Part shown: one piece after another, positions 8,987 through 18,750 of the stretch | Position numbering within the stretch: position 1 is the first letter of the stretch | Layout of the letters: each line of letters starts with the position of its first letter | Assembly: GCA_937875395.1 (NCBI GenBank) | Contig: CALNCU010000316.1 | Coordinates: forward strand, 1 to 63,647 | DNA length: 63,647 nucleotides | Origin: an uncultured Armatimonadetes bacterium | Lineage (GTDB): Bacteria > Armatimonadota > UBA5829 > DTJY01 | Reading direction: 5' to 3' | The notes under the pieces: model-generated | The model's database searches: none | What the model was told of the DNA's origin: nothing | The model's input: only the letters and a program-made list of their open reading frames with translations | Translations under genes and position numbers: made by a program

Positions 8987-11216
8987 TTTTCTTCGGCTCC
9001 CCGCGCGCGCGGGGCACAAGAAGGATTCAGAAAAAAAGCCGGCGCCCGGCAGAACAAACGGGCTCCGTTTATCCATGGGCGTCGGCGTCGTTCTGATACT
9101 CTCTATCCTTCTATCATTGCATCTTCTCCCAGACAAAGTCTCCATGCAGGTTGGCGATATCTGCCGGGAAGAGATTGTAGCTCACAGAACGGTCCGGTAC
9201 CTTGATACCATGGAGACCGATAGGATGAGGCAGGAAGCCGCCGCATCCGCCGATAAGGTCTACCGGATTGTCCCCAAAGCCTCTGCAGATGCTGCTGCAT
9301 CGCTCTCCAACATCTTTGAAATTTTTCGTCGGGCAAGGAACGATGTTCGCATCCCCACGCTTATAGCAAAGGACAGATATGTGCGGCGCAACCTTAGCGA
9401 AGATATAAGCGCCGCCTCCGTAAGAGATCTGCTTCTGGCAGATGCCCGGACGTTTGACAGCGTGGAGGCTTACTCCAAGCAGCTTGCACAGGAAGCCATG
9501 GATAGGGAGATCAGGGACGATACATCAGATATCCACCTGGCTCATGAAGAGTTTGAAGAGAGAATTTTAAACTATCTTGGCAAAAAAAAGGTGGCAAAGG
9601 CAGCCGTTGAGATAGGGTGCAGCGTAATCCGTCCCAATAGAATTTACGATGCAGAGGCCACAAAAGCCGCACGTGCCCGAGAGGCGGAATCCGTGCCGCC
9701 GCAGTACCGCCAGATTATTGCCGGAGATGTTATCATAGGCAAGGATGAGCGCGTAACCCCCCGGCACATAGACGAGTTTACGGCGCTCGGCCTTAGAAAC
9801 CCCCGCATGGATTACATAACCGCGCTGTGTATAGCTCTTCTTGTTATAGGCGTGGTTGTGACGGTTATACTCTATATTGCCAGGTACCATTCCATCATCT
9901 ACCAATCAATCCCCAGGCTGATGCTTCTGTCTCTTATTGTAGTGATAAGCGTATTAGGCTTAAAACTTGGGGGCACCATTTTAGGGTTAAAGCTTACGGG
10001 GGTGCAGTTCGGCTGTTTCACCATGATCTGGATAGCAACCGCCGGAATGCTCACCGCCGCCCTTTTAAGTGCAGACCTGGCGGTGCTGGTTATTGCCATG
10101 CTCTCTACCACAACCGGCCTGGCAATGAACCACGAACTCCGCTGGGCGCTTGCATCGCTTGTGAGCAGCCTGGTTGCAATCTACACCGTCTCTAATATAA
10201 AACACAGCTCAGATCTTATGCGTACAGCCGGCGCCGTATGCGCGGCAAATCTTGTGCTGGTCTGGCTGATAGGGCGTATAGGCGGGGACGTTGTGGGCGA
10301 TCTTATAACGGGGAGCGGATGGGCCGTGTTTGGCGGCGTTGCATCCGTAGGGCTCTTCTGGCTGGGCTCATCTGCCATGGAGAAACCGTTTGGCATTACC
10401 ACACACAGGCGGCTTCTGGAGCTCTCCGATACCAACAATCCTATTTTTAAACGATTACTTATGGAAGCGCCGGGTACATATAGTCACAGCATATTTGTGG
10501 GAAACATAGCGGCAATGGCGGCAGAAAAGATTGGCGCAGACGCCCTTCTTGTGCGGGTTGCATCGTACTATCATGATATAGGGAAGATAAAACGGCCCAA
10601 CTTCTTTGTAGAAAACCAGCATGTAGAAAACGTGCATGACCGCCTGAACCCATCGCTCTCAGCCCTGGTTATACGGTCGCACATAAAAGACGGCCTTGAT
10701 CTTGCAAGGGAGTATGGGCTCCCCCCGGTCATATGCGAGCTTATGAGCCAGCATCACGGCACCAGCCTGGTGCGTTATTTCTTCCACCGTGCCGCCACAA
10801 ATACAGAGAGTGACGCATCCGTTCTTGAACAGCAGTTCAGGTATGACGGGGTAAAGCCTCAGAGCAGGGAATCCGCCATTCTTATGCTTGCTGATGCGGT
10901 TGAAGCCGCATCCCGGGCGCTTGCAAAGCCTACGCAGGGCCAGATAGAGAATATGGTGGATTCCATAATTGCAGAAAAACTGGCAGACGGCCAGCTGGAT
11001 GAATGCGATCTTACATTTAAGGATATAAACCGTATAAGGGCTTCTTTTGATCGTACTCTTACAAGCATGCTTCATGCCCGTATTGAGTACCCGGAGATAT
11101 GCATAAGTGAAGGGAAGATAGCTATTGGAAACGGAAGTGCTGGTAAGGAACTCCCAGCCGGAGAAGGTGGACACGGACAGGCTGGTGACAGCGGTAAAGA
11201 CAACGCTGCGGTTTGA
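8979..11216 (+). CDS. pgpH: 7TM-HD membrane phosphohydrolase (PgpH/YqfF family, cyclic-di-AMP phosphodiesterase-like)
   Basis: Extracellular domain, seven TM segments and an HD domain (HSIFVGNIAAM..YYHDIGK). The start is uncertain (8979 or the ATG at 9075). The low-complexity C-terminal tail overlaps ybeY. Confidence 0.85.
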   Translation: MVSFLRLPARAGHKKDSEKKPAPGRTNGLRLSMGVGVVLILSILLSLHLLPDKVSMQVGDICREEIVAHRTVRYLDTMETDRMRQEAAASADKVYRIVPKASADAAASLSNIFEIFRRARNDVRIPTLIAKDRYVRRNLSEDISAASVRDLLLADARTFDSVEAYSKQLAQEAMDREIRDDTSDIHLAHEEFEERILNYLGKKKVAKAAVEIGCSVIRPNRIYDAEATKAARAREAESVPPQYRQIIAGDVIIGKDERVTPRHIDEFTALGLRNPRMDYITALCIALLVIGVVVTVILYIARYHSIIYQSIPRLMLLSLIVVISVLGLKLGGTILGLKLTGVQFGCFTMIWIATAGMLTAALLSADLAVLVIAMLSTTTGLAMNHELRWALASLVSSLVAIYTVSNIKHSSDLMRTAGAVCAANLVLVWLIGRIGGDVVGDLITGSGWAVFGGVASVGLFWLGSSAMEKPFGITTHRRLLELSDTNNPIFKRLLMEAPGTYSHSIFVGNIAAMAAEKIGADALLVRVASYYHDIGKIKRPNFFVENQHVENVHDRLNPSLSALVIRSHIKDGLDLAREYGLPPVICELMSQHHGTSLVRYFFHRAATNTESDASVLEQQFRYDGVKPQSRESAILMLADAVEAASRALAKPTQGQIENMVDSIIAEKLADGQLDECDLTFKDINRIRASFDRTLTSMLHARIEYPEICISEGKIAIGNGSAGKELPAGEGGHGQAGDSGKDNAAV

Positions 11217-11583
11217 GGGTTTTAATCGTCCTGCAGAGGTGAGCATACTCCTTACGGATGATTATGAGATACAGAATATGAACCGGCGGTACAGGGGGAT
11301 TGATAAGCCTACCGATGTTCTATCGTTTCCGCAACTTGATGCTTCCCTTGCCACCCCTCCCGGTTGTCCTGTGGCTCTGGGAGATGTTATAATTTCTATC
11401 CCAACAGCACACAGGCAGGCAGATGCGCGCGGACAGGCTCTGCCGGATGAGATTGATCTGCTGGTAGTGCACGGCGTTCTGCATCTTCTGGGGTATGATG
11501 ATGTTACAGATGAAGGCGCAGAAGAGATGAACCGCCGGCAGGAAGAAATTCTAAGGCAGCTAAGTAATGAAAGAGAACTCTAA
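11125..11583 (+). CDS. ybeY: rRNA maturation endoribonuclease YbeY
   Basis: NRRYRGIDKPTDVLSFP plus the zinc motif HGVLHLLGYDD, in which the third His of the usual HxxxHxxxxxH is Asp. Confidence 0.9.
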   Translation: METEVLVRNSQPEKVDTDRLVTAVKTTLRFEGFNRPAEVSILLTDDYEIQNMNRRYRGIDKPTDVLSFPQLDASLATPPGCPVALGDVIISIPTAHRQADARGQALPDEIDLLVVHGVLHLLGYDDVTDEGAEEMNRRQEEILRQLSNEREL

Positions 11584-12361
11584 CAAGGCGCAAGCGGAAG
11601 ACGTTGAAGATCGGGTGCAAATGTGCCCGCCGATTAAAGCAAGGTCTACGCTTGAAAGCTTTAAATATGCGGCGGAAGGCATTCTGGATGTGTTTCGCAC
11701 ACAGAAACACATGAGATTCCACTTTATTGCTGTTATTATAGTGCTTCTTGGCGCTCTGCTTTTGGATTTGGATAAGCGGGATATGCTTATCATCCTCTTC
11801 ACCGTGGCGCTGGTGCTTATGGCAGAGATGTTTAACACCGCCGTAGAAGCGGTGGTGGATATGGTTACTCAATCCTACCATCCGCTGGCCAAATTTGCAA
11901 AGGATGCCGCTGCGGGAGCAGTACTTATTGCTACAACCACATCCGTGCTCATTGCCTTTATGATCTTTATTGGCGATACCAGCCTGAGCAGACCCGTCCG
12001 TCCTACGCCGACAGATGCATACAGTCTGCAGCTTGCAATATTTACAGGCGTGGTATTGCTTATAATAGTTGGTATAATAAAAGCACTTAGCAGTAAGGGA
12101 CGGTTGCTTAAAGGTGGAGCGGCAAGCGGGCATACAGCCGCCGGTTTTTTTCTGGCAACCACCATACTGCTTGTAACAAACAATGGCGTGGCGGCTGTGC
12201 TTGCTGTTCTGATGGCGCTTTTAATAGCGCAAAGCAGGGTGCAGGCAAAGATTCACACTCTGCAGGAAGTAGTAATAGGAGCGCTCCTGGCGGTGCTTCT
12301 TACATCTATTGTTTACTGGTTTATGCCGCATTACACAGCCGGCTTTTTGAAAATACTATAA
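11567..12361 (+). CDS. dgkA: Diacylglycerol/undecaprenol kinase (DgkA) fused to a minimal PAP2-like lipid phosphatase module
   Basis: The N-terminal ~140 aa show the DgkA pattern (EMFNTAVEAVVD, AKFAKDAAAGAV). The C-terminal ~110 aa carry PAP2-like motifs KALSSKGRL, SGH and SRVQAKIHTLQE. Confidence 0.75.
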   Translation: MKENSNKAQAEDVEDRVQMCPPIKARSTLESFKYAAEGILDVFRTQKHMRFHFIAVIIVLLGALLLDLDKRDMLIILFTVALVLMAEMFNTAVEAVVDMVTQSYHPLAKFAKDAAAGAVLIATTTSVLIAFMIFIGDTSLSRPVRPTPTDAYSLQLAIFTGVVLLIIVGIIKALSSKGRLLKGGAASGHTAAGFFLATTILLVTNNGVAAVLAVLMALLIAQSRVQAKIHTLQEVVIGALLAVLLTSIVYWFMPHYTAGFLKIL

Positions 12362-12382
12362 ATAGTGGAGGAGCGGACTTAG

Positions 12383-13762
12383 TTGTCAACAGAAGGTGAC
12401 CCAAACAGTCTACTTCAGGTAATCTCTTTAGGGATTCCTGGAAGCATCATTTTTATCCTGGTGCTCATTCTCATGAATGGATTCTTTGCCATGTCGGAGA
12501 TGGCGCTTGTTTCTGTAAGAAGAACCAGGATCAAGCAACTTGTAGAAGAGGGCGTTGCGCGAGCCCTCACTGTGCAGAAGCTGCTTGAAGATCCCACCCG
12601 ATTTCTTGCAACGGTACAGATAGGCGTCACGCTTATCGGATTCTTTGCATCGGCTGCCGGTGCCGTAACTTTGGCCCGGCCCCTGGCAGAGTGGTTTGCA
12701 CGCACGGATATTCCTGTGATTGCAGAAAATGCCACCGGAATAGCGGTTGCGCTGATCACGCTGGTTATTGCCTATGCCTCGCTTGTGATTGGCGAGATCT
12801 CGCCAAAGAGCCTTGCCCTGCAGTATGCAGAGCGGATTGCGCTTGTAACTGCCGGGCCTATTATGTTTATCTCCTACATAGTCTCGCCTTTGGTAAAGCT
12901 TATGACCTGGACAAGCAACATACTTGTACGCCCGTTTGGAGGCACTGCAAGCTTCTCTCCCCCCATACTTACGGAAGAGGAACTGAAGATGCTTGTTGAA
13001 GCGGGCGAAGAAGAAGGGGTGCTGGAAGAAGAGGAGAAGGAGATGATCCACTCCATCTTTGAGTTCACGGACACCGTGGTTCGCAAGGTTATGGTGCCCA
13101 GGATAGATATGCACGCCGTAGAGGTAAATGCTATGGTGGACGAGCTTATGGAGGTTATTACAAAGGCCGGACACTCCCGCATCCCCATCTATGACGAGAC
13201 TATAGATAACATAGTAGGTATAGTGCACGCAAAGGATCTGCTCCGGGCACTGCATGAAAACGGCCGCAACGTTACCATAAGAGAACTTATGCATCCGCCA
13301 TACGTCATACCGGAGAACAAAATGGTGGACGAGCTGCTATCAGAGTTCAAAGAGAGCAAGATTCAGATGGCCATTGTTGTAGATGAATACGGCGGCACGG
13401 CCGGCCTTGTCACCATTGAAGACCTTCTGGAAGAGATAGTGGGCGATATCATGGATGAGTACGATATTGAGGAGCCCAAGATAGAGATTTTGGACGAATG
13501 CACATCTGTGGTGGATGCCCGCGTGCCCATTGATGATGTAAACGAGCAGATGGACCTTTCCCTGCCGGAGGAGGAGTTTGATACCATAGGCGGCCTTGTG
13601 TTTGGTCTTTTGGGCCGGGCGGCGCACGAAGGAGAGACCATTAATTACGATGCTGCAGACCTGGTAGTTGAAAAGACCGACGGACGCCGGATTATAAAGG
13701 TAAAGGTGATAAAAAAAGAACCCACTCTTCGAGAAAAGGCAGAGCGTGAGGTTGAGGAATAG
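12383..13762 (+). CDS. CNNM/TlyC-family transporter-associated protein (DUF21 + CBS pair + CorC_HlyC)
   Basis: Four N-terminal TM segments, a CBS pair and a C-terminal CorC/HlyC domain (IEDLLEEIVGDI). TTG start with GGAGGAG upstream. Confidence 0.85.
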   Translation: MSTEGDPNSLLQVISLGIPGSIIFILVLILMNGFFAMSEMALVSVRRTRIKQLVEEGVARALTVQKLLEDPTRFLATVQIGVTLIGFFASAAGAVTLARPLAEWFARTDIPVIAENATGIAVALITLVIAYASLVIGEISPKSLALQYAERIALVTAGPIMFISYIVSPLVKLMTWTSNILVRPFGGTASFSPPILTEEELKMLVEAGEEEGVLEEEEKEMIHSIFEFTDTVVRKVMVPRIDMHAVEVNAMVDELMEVITKAGHSRIPIYDETIDNIVGIVHAKDLLRALHENGRNVTIRELMHPPYVIPENKMVDELLSEFKESKIQMAIVVDEYGGTAGLVTIEDLLEEIVGDIMDEYDIEEPKIEILDECTSVVDARVPIDDVNEQMDLSLPEEEFDTIGGLVFGLLGRAAHEGETINYDAADLVVEKTDGRRIIKVKVIKKEPTLREKAEREVEE

Positions 13763-13770
13763 CATTGCAG

Positions 13771-13806
13771 AGAGGCCGGACGTAAAAACCCCGGCCTCTT
13801 ATTTTT
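13771..13806 (+). terminator. Intrinsic terminator between convergent genes
   Basis: AGAGGCCGG pairs with CCGGCCTCT (9 bp) and is followed by TTATTTTT. Confidence 0.7.
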
Positions 13807-14869
13807 ACTCTGCCTCCGGGTATGAACCCAGCACGTTTATGAAGAGCGTGTATTCAGAAAGAGCCGCAAGGGCCTTCTGCACGGGGGTATCCTTCACGTG
13901 CCCCTGAAAATCCAGGAAGAATACGTACTCCCACGGCGTAAGCTTTGTGGGGCGGGATTCTATCATGGTAAGGTTGATATCATACTTGTCAAAGACGCTC
14001 ATCGCCTTAAAGAGCGTGCCGGCTTTATGATGCACGGAGAACATGACGGAGGTCTTATCCTTCCCGCTTGGCCCCGGTTCGTTAGCCCCAACCACAAGGA
14101 ACCGTGTGCGGTTTTGAGGGTTATCTTCAATATGCTCGGCCAGCAGGTTGAGCCCGTACTCCTCTTTTGCAAGCGCTGTTCCAATAGCGGCGGAGTGGGG
14201 TTCCTCTGCACAAATCTGCGCGCCGCGGGCGGTGGTTGAAACGTCTATTATCTCTACGCCCGGCATGTTTGTTCTCAGCCATATGCGGCACTGTGCGGCG
14301 GCCGTGGGTATGGAATATACCCGTTTTACCTCCCCCGTATCCTCTGCCATAGAGAGCAGGTTATGCGTAATGGGCAGGTATATCTCCGAGCAGATTTTGA
14401 GCTTTGATGTAAGGAAGGTATCCAGCGTGTGGTTTATTACACCTTCCGTAGAGTTTTCTATGGGCACAACGCCGTACTGCGCGCGTTCCTTTTCTACCTC
14501 ATTAAAGACATCTGGTATGGTGTCCATTGCAGAGAAATTGCACGATGAGCCGAACTTTCTTATGCTGGCCATGTGGGTGTTGGTGGCGGGAGGCCCCCAG
14601 TATGCAATGGTCATAGGGTCTTCAAGTGCGCGCGCGGCAGATATTATCTCCCGGTATATTGCACGGATGGATGCATCGGACAGGGGGCCTTTGTTGGCAT
14701 CGGTAAGCCTTGCCAGCACCTGCTTCTCCCTCTCCGGCGCAAAGAACGTCTTTTTTGTGCGCTGCTTAAAAACGCCTATCTCTTTTGCGCAGCGCGCCCG
14801 CTTGTTTAATAGGTCTAGTATCTGGCGGTCTATATGGTCTATCTCTTCCCTTAGTTCATGAATATCCAT
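13805..14869 (-). CDS. pheA: Bifunctional chorismate mutase / prephenate dehydratase (P-protein)
   Basis: Chorismate mutase N-terminus (REEIDHIDRQILDLLNKRA), prephenate dehydratase domain (IAYWGPPATNTH) and an ACT domain with ESRP. Confidence 0.93.
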   Translation of the reverse strand: MDIHELREEIDHIDRQILDLLNKRARCAKEIGVFKQRTKKTFFAPEREKQVLARLTDANKGPLSDASIRAIYREIISAARALEDPMTIAYWGPPATNTHMASIRKFGSSCNFSAMDTIPDVFNEVEKERAQYGVVPIENSTEGVINHTLDTFLTSKLKICSEIYLPITHNLLSMAEDTGEVKRVYSIPTAAAQCRIWLRTNMPGVEIIDVSTTARGAQICAEEPHSAAIGTALAKEEYGLNLLAEHIEDNPQNRTRFLVVGANEPGPSGKDKTSVMFSVHHKAGTLFKAMSVFDKYDINLTMIESRPTKLTPWEYVFFLDFQGHVKDTPVQKALAALSEYTLFINVLGSYPEAE

Positions 14870-14922
14870 CTCATGCTCCGCAGCAGGGCCGTAACTTTTG
14901 TGCGCACCCTATATTAGCTCAC

Positions 14923-14952
14923 ATAATACCACGAAAACCGTCCAATTGCCAA
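14923..14952 (-). promoter_or_regulatory. Sigma-70-type promoter for pheA
   Basis: On the minus strand: TTGGCA, an 18-nt spacer, then TATTAT preceded by TGg (extended -10). Confidence 0.5.
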
Positions 14953-14980
14953 TACAGGCTCCTCTGTGATAGAATAACCC

Positions 14981-15832
14981 TTGTGTATAGTTAAGGATGA
15001 TATTAACGTGTGTGTATGCAGCAACATAAAGAGGACTATTCCCACAGGCATCCGGTGCATTGCGCTGGATCTTGACGGGGTTGTATACCAGGGCAGGGAG
15101 CTGCTCCCCGGCGCCGATGCCGCCATAAAACGGATGCGGGACATGGGCCTTGATATAGCCTTTGTCACAAACAGTTCCGGCAACACCAGGGAAGCCGTGG
15201 CAGAGAAGCTTTCATCAATGGGTGTGCCGGCTGCCCCGGAAGAAGTCATCACCGCCGCCTACGCCACCGCCACACTTGTAAAAAACCTTGCCCGCACAGA
15301 ATCCCCCACGGTATTCCCGCTGGGGATGGATGGGCTGCGCACAGAACTTTTGCGTATAGGGGCCAAGGTTGTAGAGAATCCCCCATGCCAGTTTCTTGTT
15401 GTTGGGCTGGATAAGCATATAAACTACCACAAAATCTGCCTGGCACTGGATGCGCTTCTGGACGGCGCAATATTTGTGGCCTGCAACCGGGATGCAAGAT
15501 ACCCCTATCAGGATGGAAAGCTGGTTCCGGGTTGCGCCGCCGTAGTGGGCGCCGTTGAAGGCGCAATAGGGCGGGGGCCGGATTACTATGCCGGAAAGCC
15601 GGATACTCTTATGCTTAACATGCTCAGCAAGATGCACGGGCTTAATCCAAAAGAGATTCTGATGGTGGGCGACAGCCTTGAAAGTGACATTGCAATGGCA
15701 AACGCCTTTGGATCGCCCTCCGCCCAAATCCTCTCCCCGGAGGGCAGGATTCAGCTTGAAATCTCTAATGCCGCCGCGCTCAGGCCTACAATAGTGTTAG
15801 ATTCATTGGCAGAGTTGCCCCAAAATCTCTAA
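14981..15832 (+). CDS. HAD-IIA family hydrolase (NagD-like sugar phosphatase)
   Basis: ALDLDGVVY nucleophile motif and GDSLESDI motif. The start is ambiguous (TTG 14981 or GTG 15008). Confidence 0.8.
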   Translation: MCIVKDDINVCVCSNIKRTIPTGIRCIALDLDGVVYQGRELLPGADAAIKRMRDMGLDIAFVTNSSGNTREAVAEKLSSMGVPAAPEEVITAAYATATLVKNLARTESPTVFPLGMDGLRTELLRIGAKVVENPPCQFLVVGLDKHINYHKICLALDALLDGAIFVACNRDARYPYQDGKLVPGCAAVVGAVEGAIGRGPDYYAGKPDTLMLNMLSKMHGLNPKEILMVGDSLESDIAMANAFGSPSAQILSPEGRIQLEISNAAALRPTIVLDSLAELPQNL

Positions 15833-15844
15833 CTTGAGGTAGAT

Positions 15845-16282
15845 ATGGACGATAGACTGCAGACTCTTATAACCCCTACGGATTCCGGCTTTCATCAGAT
15901 GGTAAGGTTTGGAATGGCCGGCGCAGTGTCCGCCGTGGCCGACACCGGCACCCTGTATATCCTTGCCGAGATAGCAAAAATGTACTACCTGTACGCCGGT
16001 ATATTCGGCTACCTTGTGGGGATTATAGTAAGCTACAGTATAAGCATCGCCTGGGTCTTTCCCCATAGAAATATTAAAGACAGAAGGTTAGAGTTTGCAG
16101 TCTTTGCTGCTATAGGCATAGGGGCCATGGCGCTTACGGAGCTTATACTATATGCGGGTGTAGATATAATACACATGAATCTTATACTGGCAAAGATTCT
16201 ATCCATAGGGCTTGTCTTTTTTTACAATTTTGGCGTTCGCAAGGTGATAATGTTCCGGAAGCCCTCCAAATCGGCAATTTAA
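15845..16282 (+). CDS. GtrA-family membrane protein
   Basis: 145 aa with four TM segments and the GtrA-like pattern (QMVRFGMAGAVSAVADTG...FFYNFGVRKVIMF). Confidence 0.75.
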   Translation: MDDRLQTLITPTDSGFHQMVRFGMAGAVSAVADTGTLYILAEIAKMYYLYAGIFGYLVGIIVSYSISIAWVFPHRNIKDRRLEFAVFAAIGIGAMALTELILYAGVDIIHMNLILAKILSIGLVFFYNFGVRKVIMFRKPSKSAI

Positions 16283-16479
16283 TCTGTTTAACATCCTGTA
16301 TTGATTAGGCCCAATGAACATGGGGATGAGCCTGCGCCCTCCGCCCGGAAAAACGTTCATTGCTATGCCTAATTCATCTGTGGTATCATAATTTATCTTT
16401 AAGTATATACACAGCCGGTCGGTATGCCGCTTAAGCAGGCCTCCGCACCGGCTGGCTACGTTAGTAAGGGAGAATCAAC

Positions 16480-17526
16480 GTGATTAGAGCCGGTATTATT
16501 GGAGCATCCGGGTACGGCGGCGGGGAACTTGTCCGTATCCTTGCCGCACACCCGCAGGTGGAACTTACATACCTCTCTTCAGAGACTTACAAGGGACGGG
16601 ATATAGGGGATGCCCTCCCCAACATGCGGGGCTTCCTCTGTATGGAGTGCGAGGGTTATGCCCCAGATAAAGCTATAGAACGCTGTGATGTGCTCTTCTT
16701 TGCACAGCACAATGGATGGGCCATGAACGAAGCCGCCCGCTACCTTGATGCCGGACTCAAGATAGTAGACCTTGGCGCAGATTTCAGGCTGCGCGATGCA
16801 GAAGCCTACCGGGAATGGTACAAGCTTGAGCATACATCGCCGCATCTTATAGAAGAAGCCGTCTATGGGCTTCCGGAACTCTACAGGGAGCAAATTAGGG
16901 ATGCACGCCTTATTGCGAATCCAGGCTGCTACGTAACCAGCACGCTTTTGGCGCTTGCCCCCGTTATGAAGGCCTACGTAATAGACCCGGAGACTATAAT
17001 AATAGATGCCATGTCCGGGTTCTCCGGGGTTGGCCGATCCAAGTTTGCCCTGCAGAACCACTTCCCGGAGGTGAATGAAAGCGCCCGCGCCTACGGTGTG
17101 GCCTCCCACAGGCACACGCCGGAGATAGAGCAGGAACTCTCCGTACTTGCCGGCGCACCGGTGATGGTCTCCTTTACGCCGCACGTTATTCCCATCACCC
17201 GCGGAATCCTTGCCACCGTGTACGGCAGCATTGTAGGACGCGGCTTCAGCACCAAAGAGTTCATTCAGGTCTACCGCGAGTTTTACAATGATTCGCCCTT
17301 TGTGCAGGTGATGGATGAAGGCGAATATCCCACCACAAAGAGCGTTGCAGGCTCCAACTACTGCCGCATAGCTGTTAAGGTGGATGAAAGAACAAACCGC
17401 ATAGTAATAATATCGGCAATAGACAACCTTATAAAGGGGATGTCCGGGCAGGCCGTTCAGAATATGAACCTGATGTACGGGCTTGATGAACGCACCGGCA
17501 TAGTCCTGCCGGGGATGTATCCATGA
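16480..17526 (+). CDS. argC: N-acetyl-gamma-glutamyl-phosphate reductase
   Basis: GASGYGGGEL Rossmann motif and the catalytic Cys in IANPGCYVTS. GTG start with AAGGGAG upstream. Confidence 0.95.
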   Translation: MIRAGIIGASGYGGGELVRILAAHPQVELTYLSSETYKGRDIGDALPNMRGFLCMECEGYAPDKAIERCDVLFFAQHNGWAMNEAARYLDAGLKIVDLGADFRLRDAEAYREWYKLEHTSPHLIEEAVYGLPELYREQIRDARLIANPGCYVTSTLLALAPVMKAYVIDPETIIIDAMSGFSGVGRSKFALQNHFPEVNESARAYGVASHRHTPEIEQELSVLAGAPVMVSFTPHVIPITRGILATVYGSIVGRGFSTKEFIQVYREFYNDSPFVQVMDEGEYPTTKSVAGSNYCRIAVKVDERTNRIVIISAIDNLIKGMSGQAVQNMNLMYGLDERTGIVLPGMYP

Positions 17527-18725
17527 CAGAGAATTTAACAAACGGCGTAACCTATCCATTAGGATTTAAGGCATGCGGAGTGCGCGCCGGAATAAAAGAG
17601 AGCGGGGATGACCTGGCCCTTATCTACTCGGAATCTCCCGCCGCGGGAGCCGGGCTCTTTACCACAAACATGGTAAAGGCGGCGCCGGTGCTGCTCTCCC
17701 GCTCCCGGCTGCCTGCAGATAATCTGCATGCCATAGTTGCAAACAGTGGTAATGCCAATGCCTGCACGGGCGAGCAGGGGATTAATGACGCGCGCAGTAT
17801 GGCTGCACATGCGGCAGAGCTACTTGGCGTGCCGGAGGAATCCGTACTTGCAGCATCTACCGGTATAATAGGCCACGCCATGCCCATGAAAAAGGTGCTG
17901 GCGGGGATAGATAAAGCCGTTCAATCACTCTCTGCAGAGGGCGGCATAGACGCGGCCCGGGCGGTTATGACTACGGATACCTATCCCAAGACGGCAACCG
18001 CAGAGTTTTCCATAGGCGACACCAGGGTTAGAGTGGGCGGCATGGCAAAGGGCGCGGGGATGATCTGCCCCAACGTGGCCACCATGCTCTCCTTTATCAC
18101 AACGGATGCAGCAATTACCTCCCGCATGCTTTTGCGGGCACTTACAAAATCTGCAGACGTATCTTACAACTGCCTCACCATTGATGGAGACACCAGCACA
18201 AACGATACCGTGATAATCCTGGCAAACGGCATGGCCGGGAATGCAAAAATAGATTCGGACTGCCCGGAGTTTAATGAGTTTCTTCTGGCGCTTGGCTCCG
18301 TAACCACATCCCTTGCAAAACAGGTGGCAATGGATGGCGAGGGCGCCACAAAGATGGTGGAAATTACTGTAGAAGGAACCGCATCTTATGAAGACGCCCG
18401 GCAGATAGCAAAGACCGTGGCAAACTCTCCGCTGGTCAAGACCGCCATGTTTGGCTGCGACCCCAACTGGGGGCGGGTGCTTGCGGCGGCCGGCAGAGCC
18501 GGTGTAAATTTTGACCCGGCAGATGTTAATCTCTACTTTGGAGAGATAGAAATGCTCCGGGGCGGAGAACCGGTGGCGTTCCCGGCGGATAAGGCCCATG
18601 AACTGCTGGATAAGCAAGAGGTTCATGTGCTCCTCCAGGTGGGGGGAGGCCCGGGAAGAGCCGTAGTCTGGACAAGCGATTTTTCTTACGATTACGTTAA
18701 GATAAACGCCGAATATCATACTTAA
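17523..18725 (+). CDS. argJ: Bifunctional ornithine acetyltransferase / N-acetylglutamate synthase
   Basis: Autoprocessing site PNVATMLSFITTDA. ATGA overlap with argC. Confidence 0.95.
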   Translation: MTENLTNGVTYPLGFKACGVRAGIKESGDDLALIYSESPAAGAGLFTTNMVKAAPVLLSRSRLPADNLHAIVANSGNANACTGEQGINDARSMAAHAAELLGVPEESVLAASTGIIGHAMPMKKVLAGIDKAVQSLSAEGGIDAARAVMTTDTYPKTATAEFSIGDTRVRVGGMAKGAGMICPNVATMLSFITTDAAITSRMLLRALTKSADVSYNCLTIDGDTSTNDTVIILANGMAGNAKIDSDCPEFNEFLLALGSVTTSLAKQVAMDGEGATKMVEITVEGTASYEDARQIAKTVANSPLVKTAMFGCDPNWGRVLAAAGRAGVNFDPADVNLYFGEIEMLRGGEPVAFPADKAHELLDKQEVHVLLQVGGGPGRAVVWTSDFSYDYVKINAEYHT

Positions 18726-18750
18726 ATTGGCGGTTCGGGAGTTTATGAAC

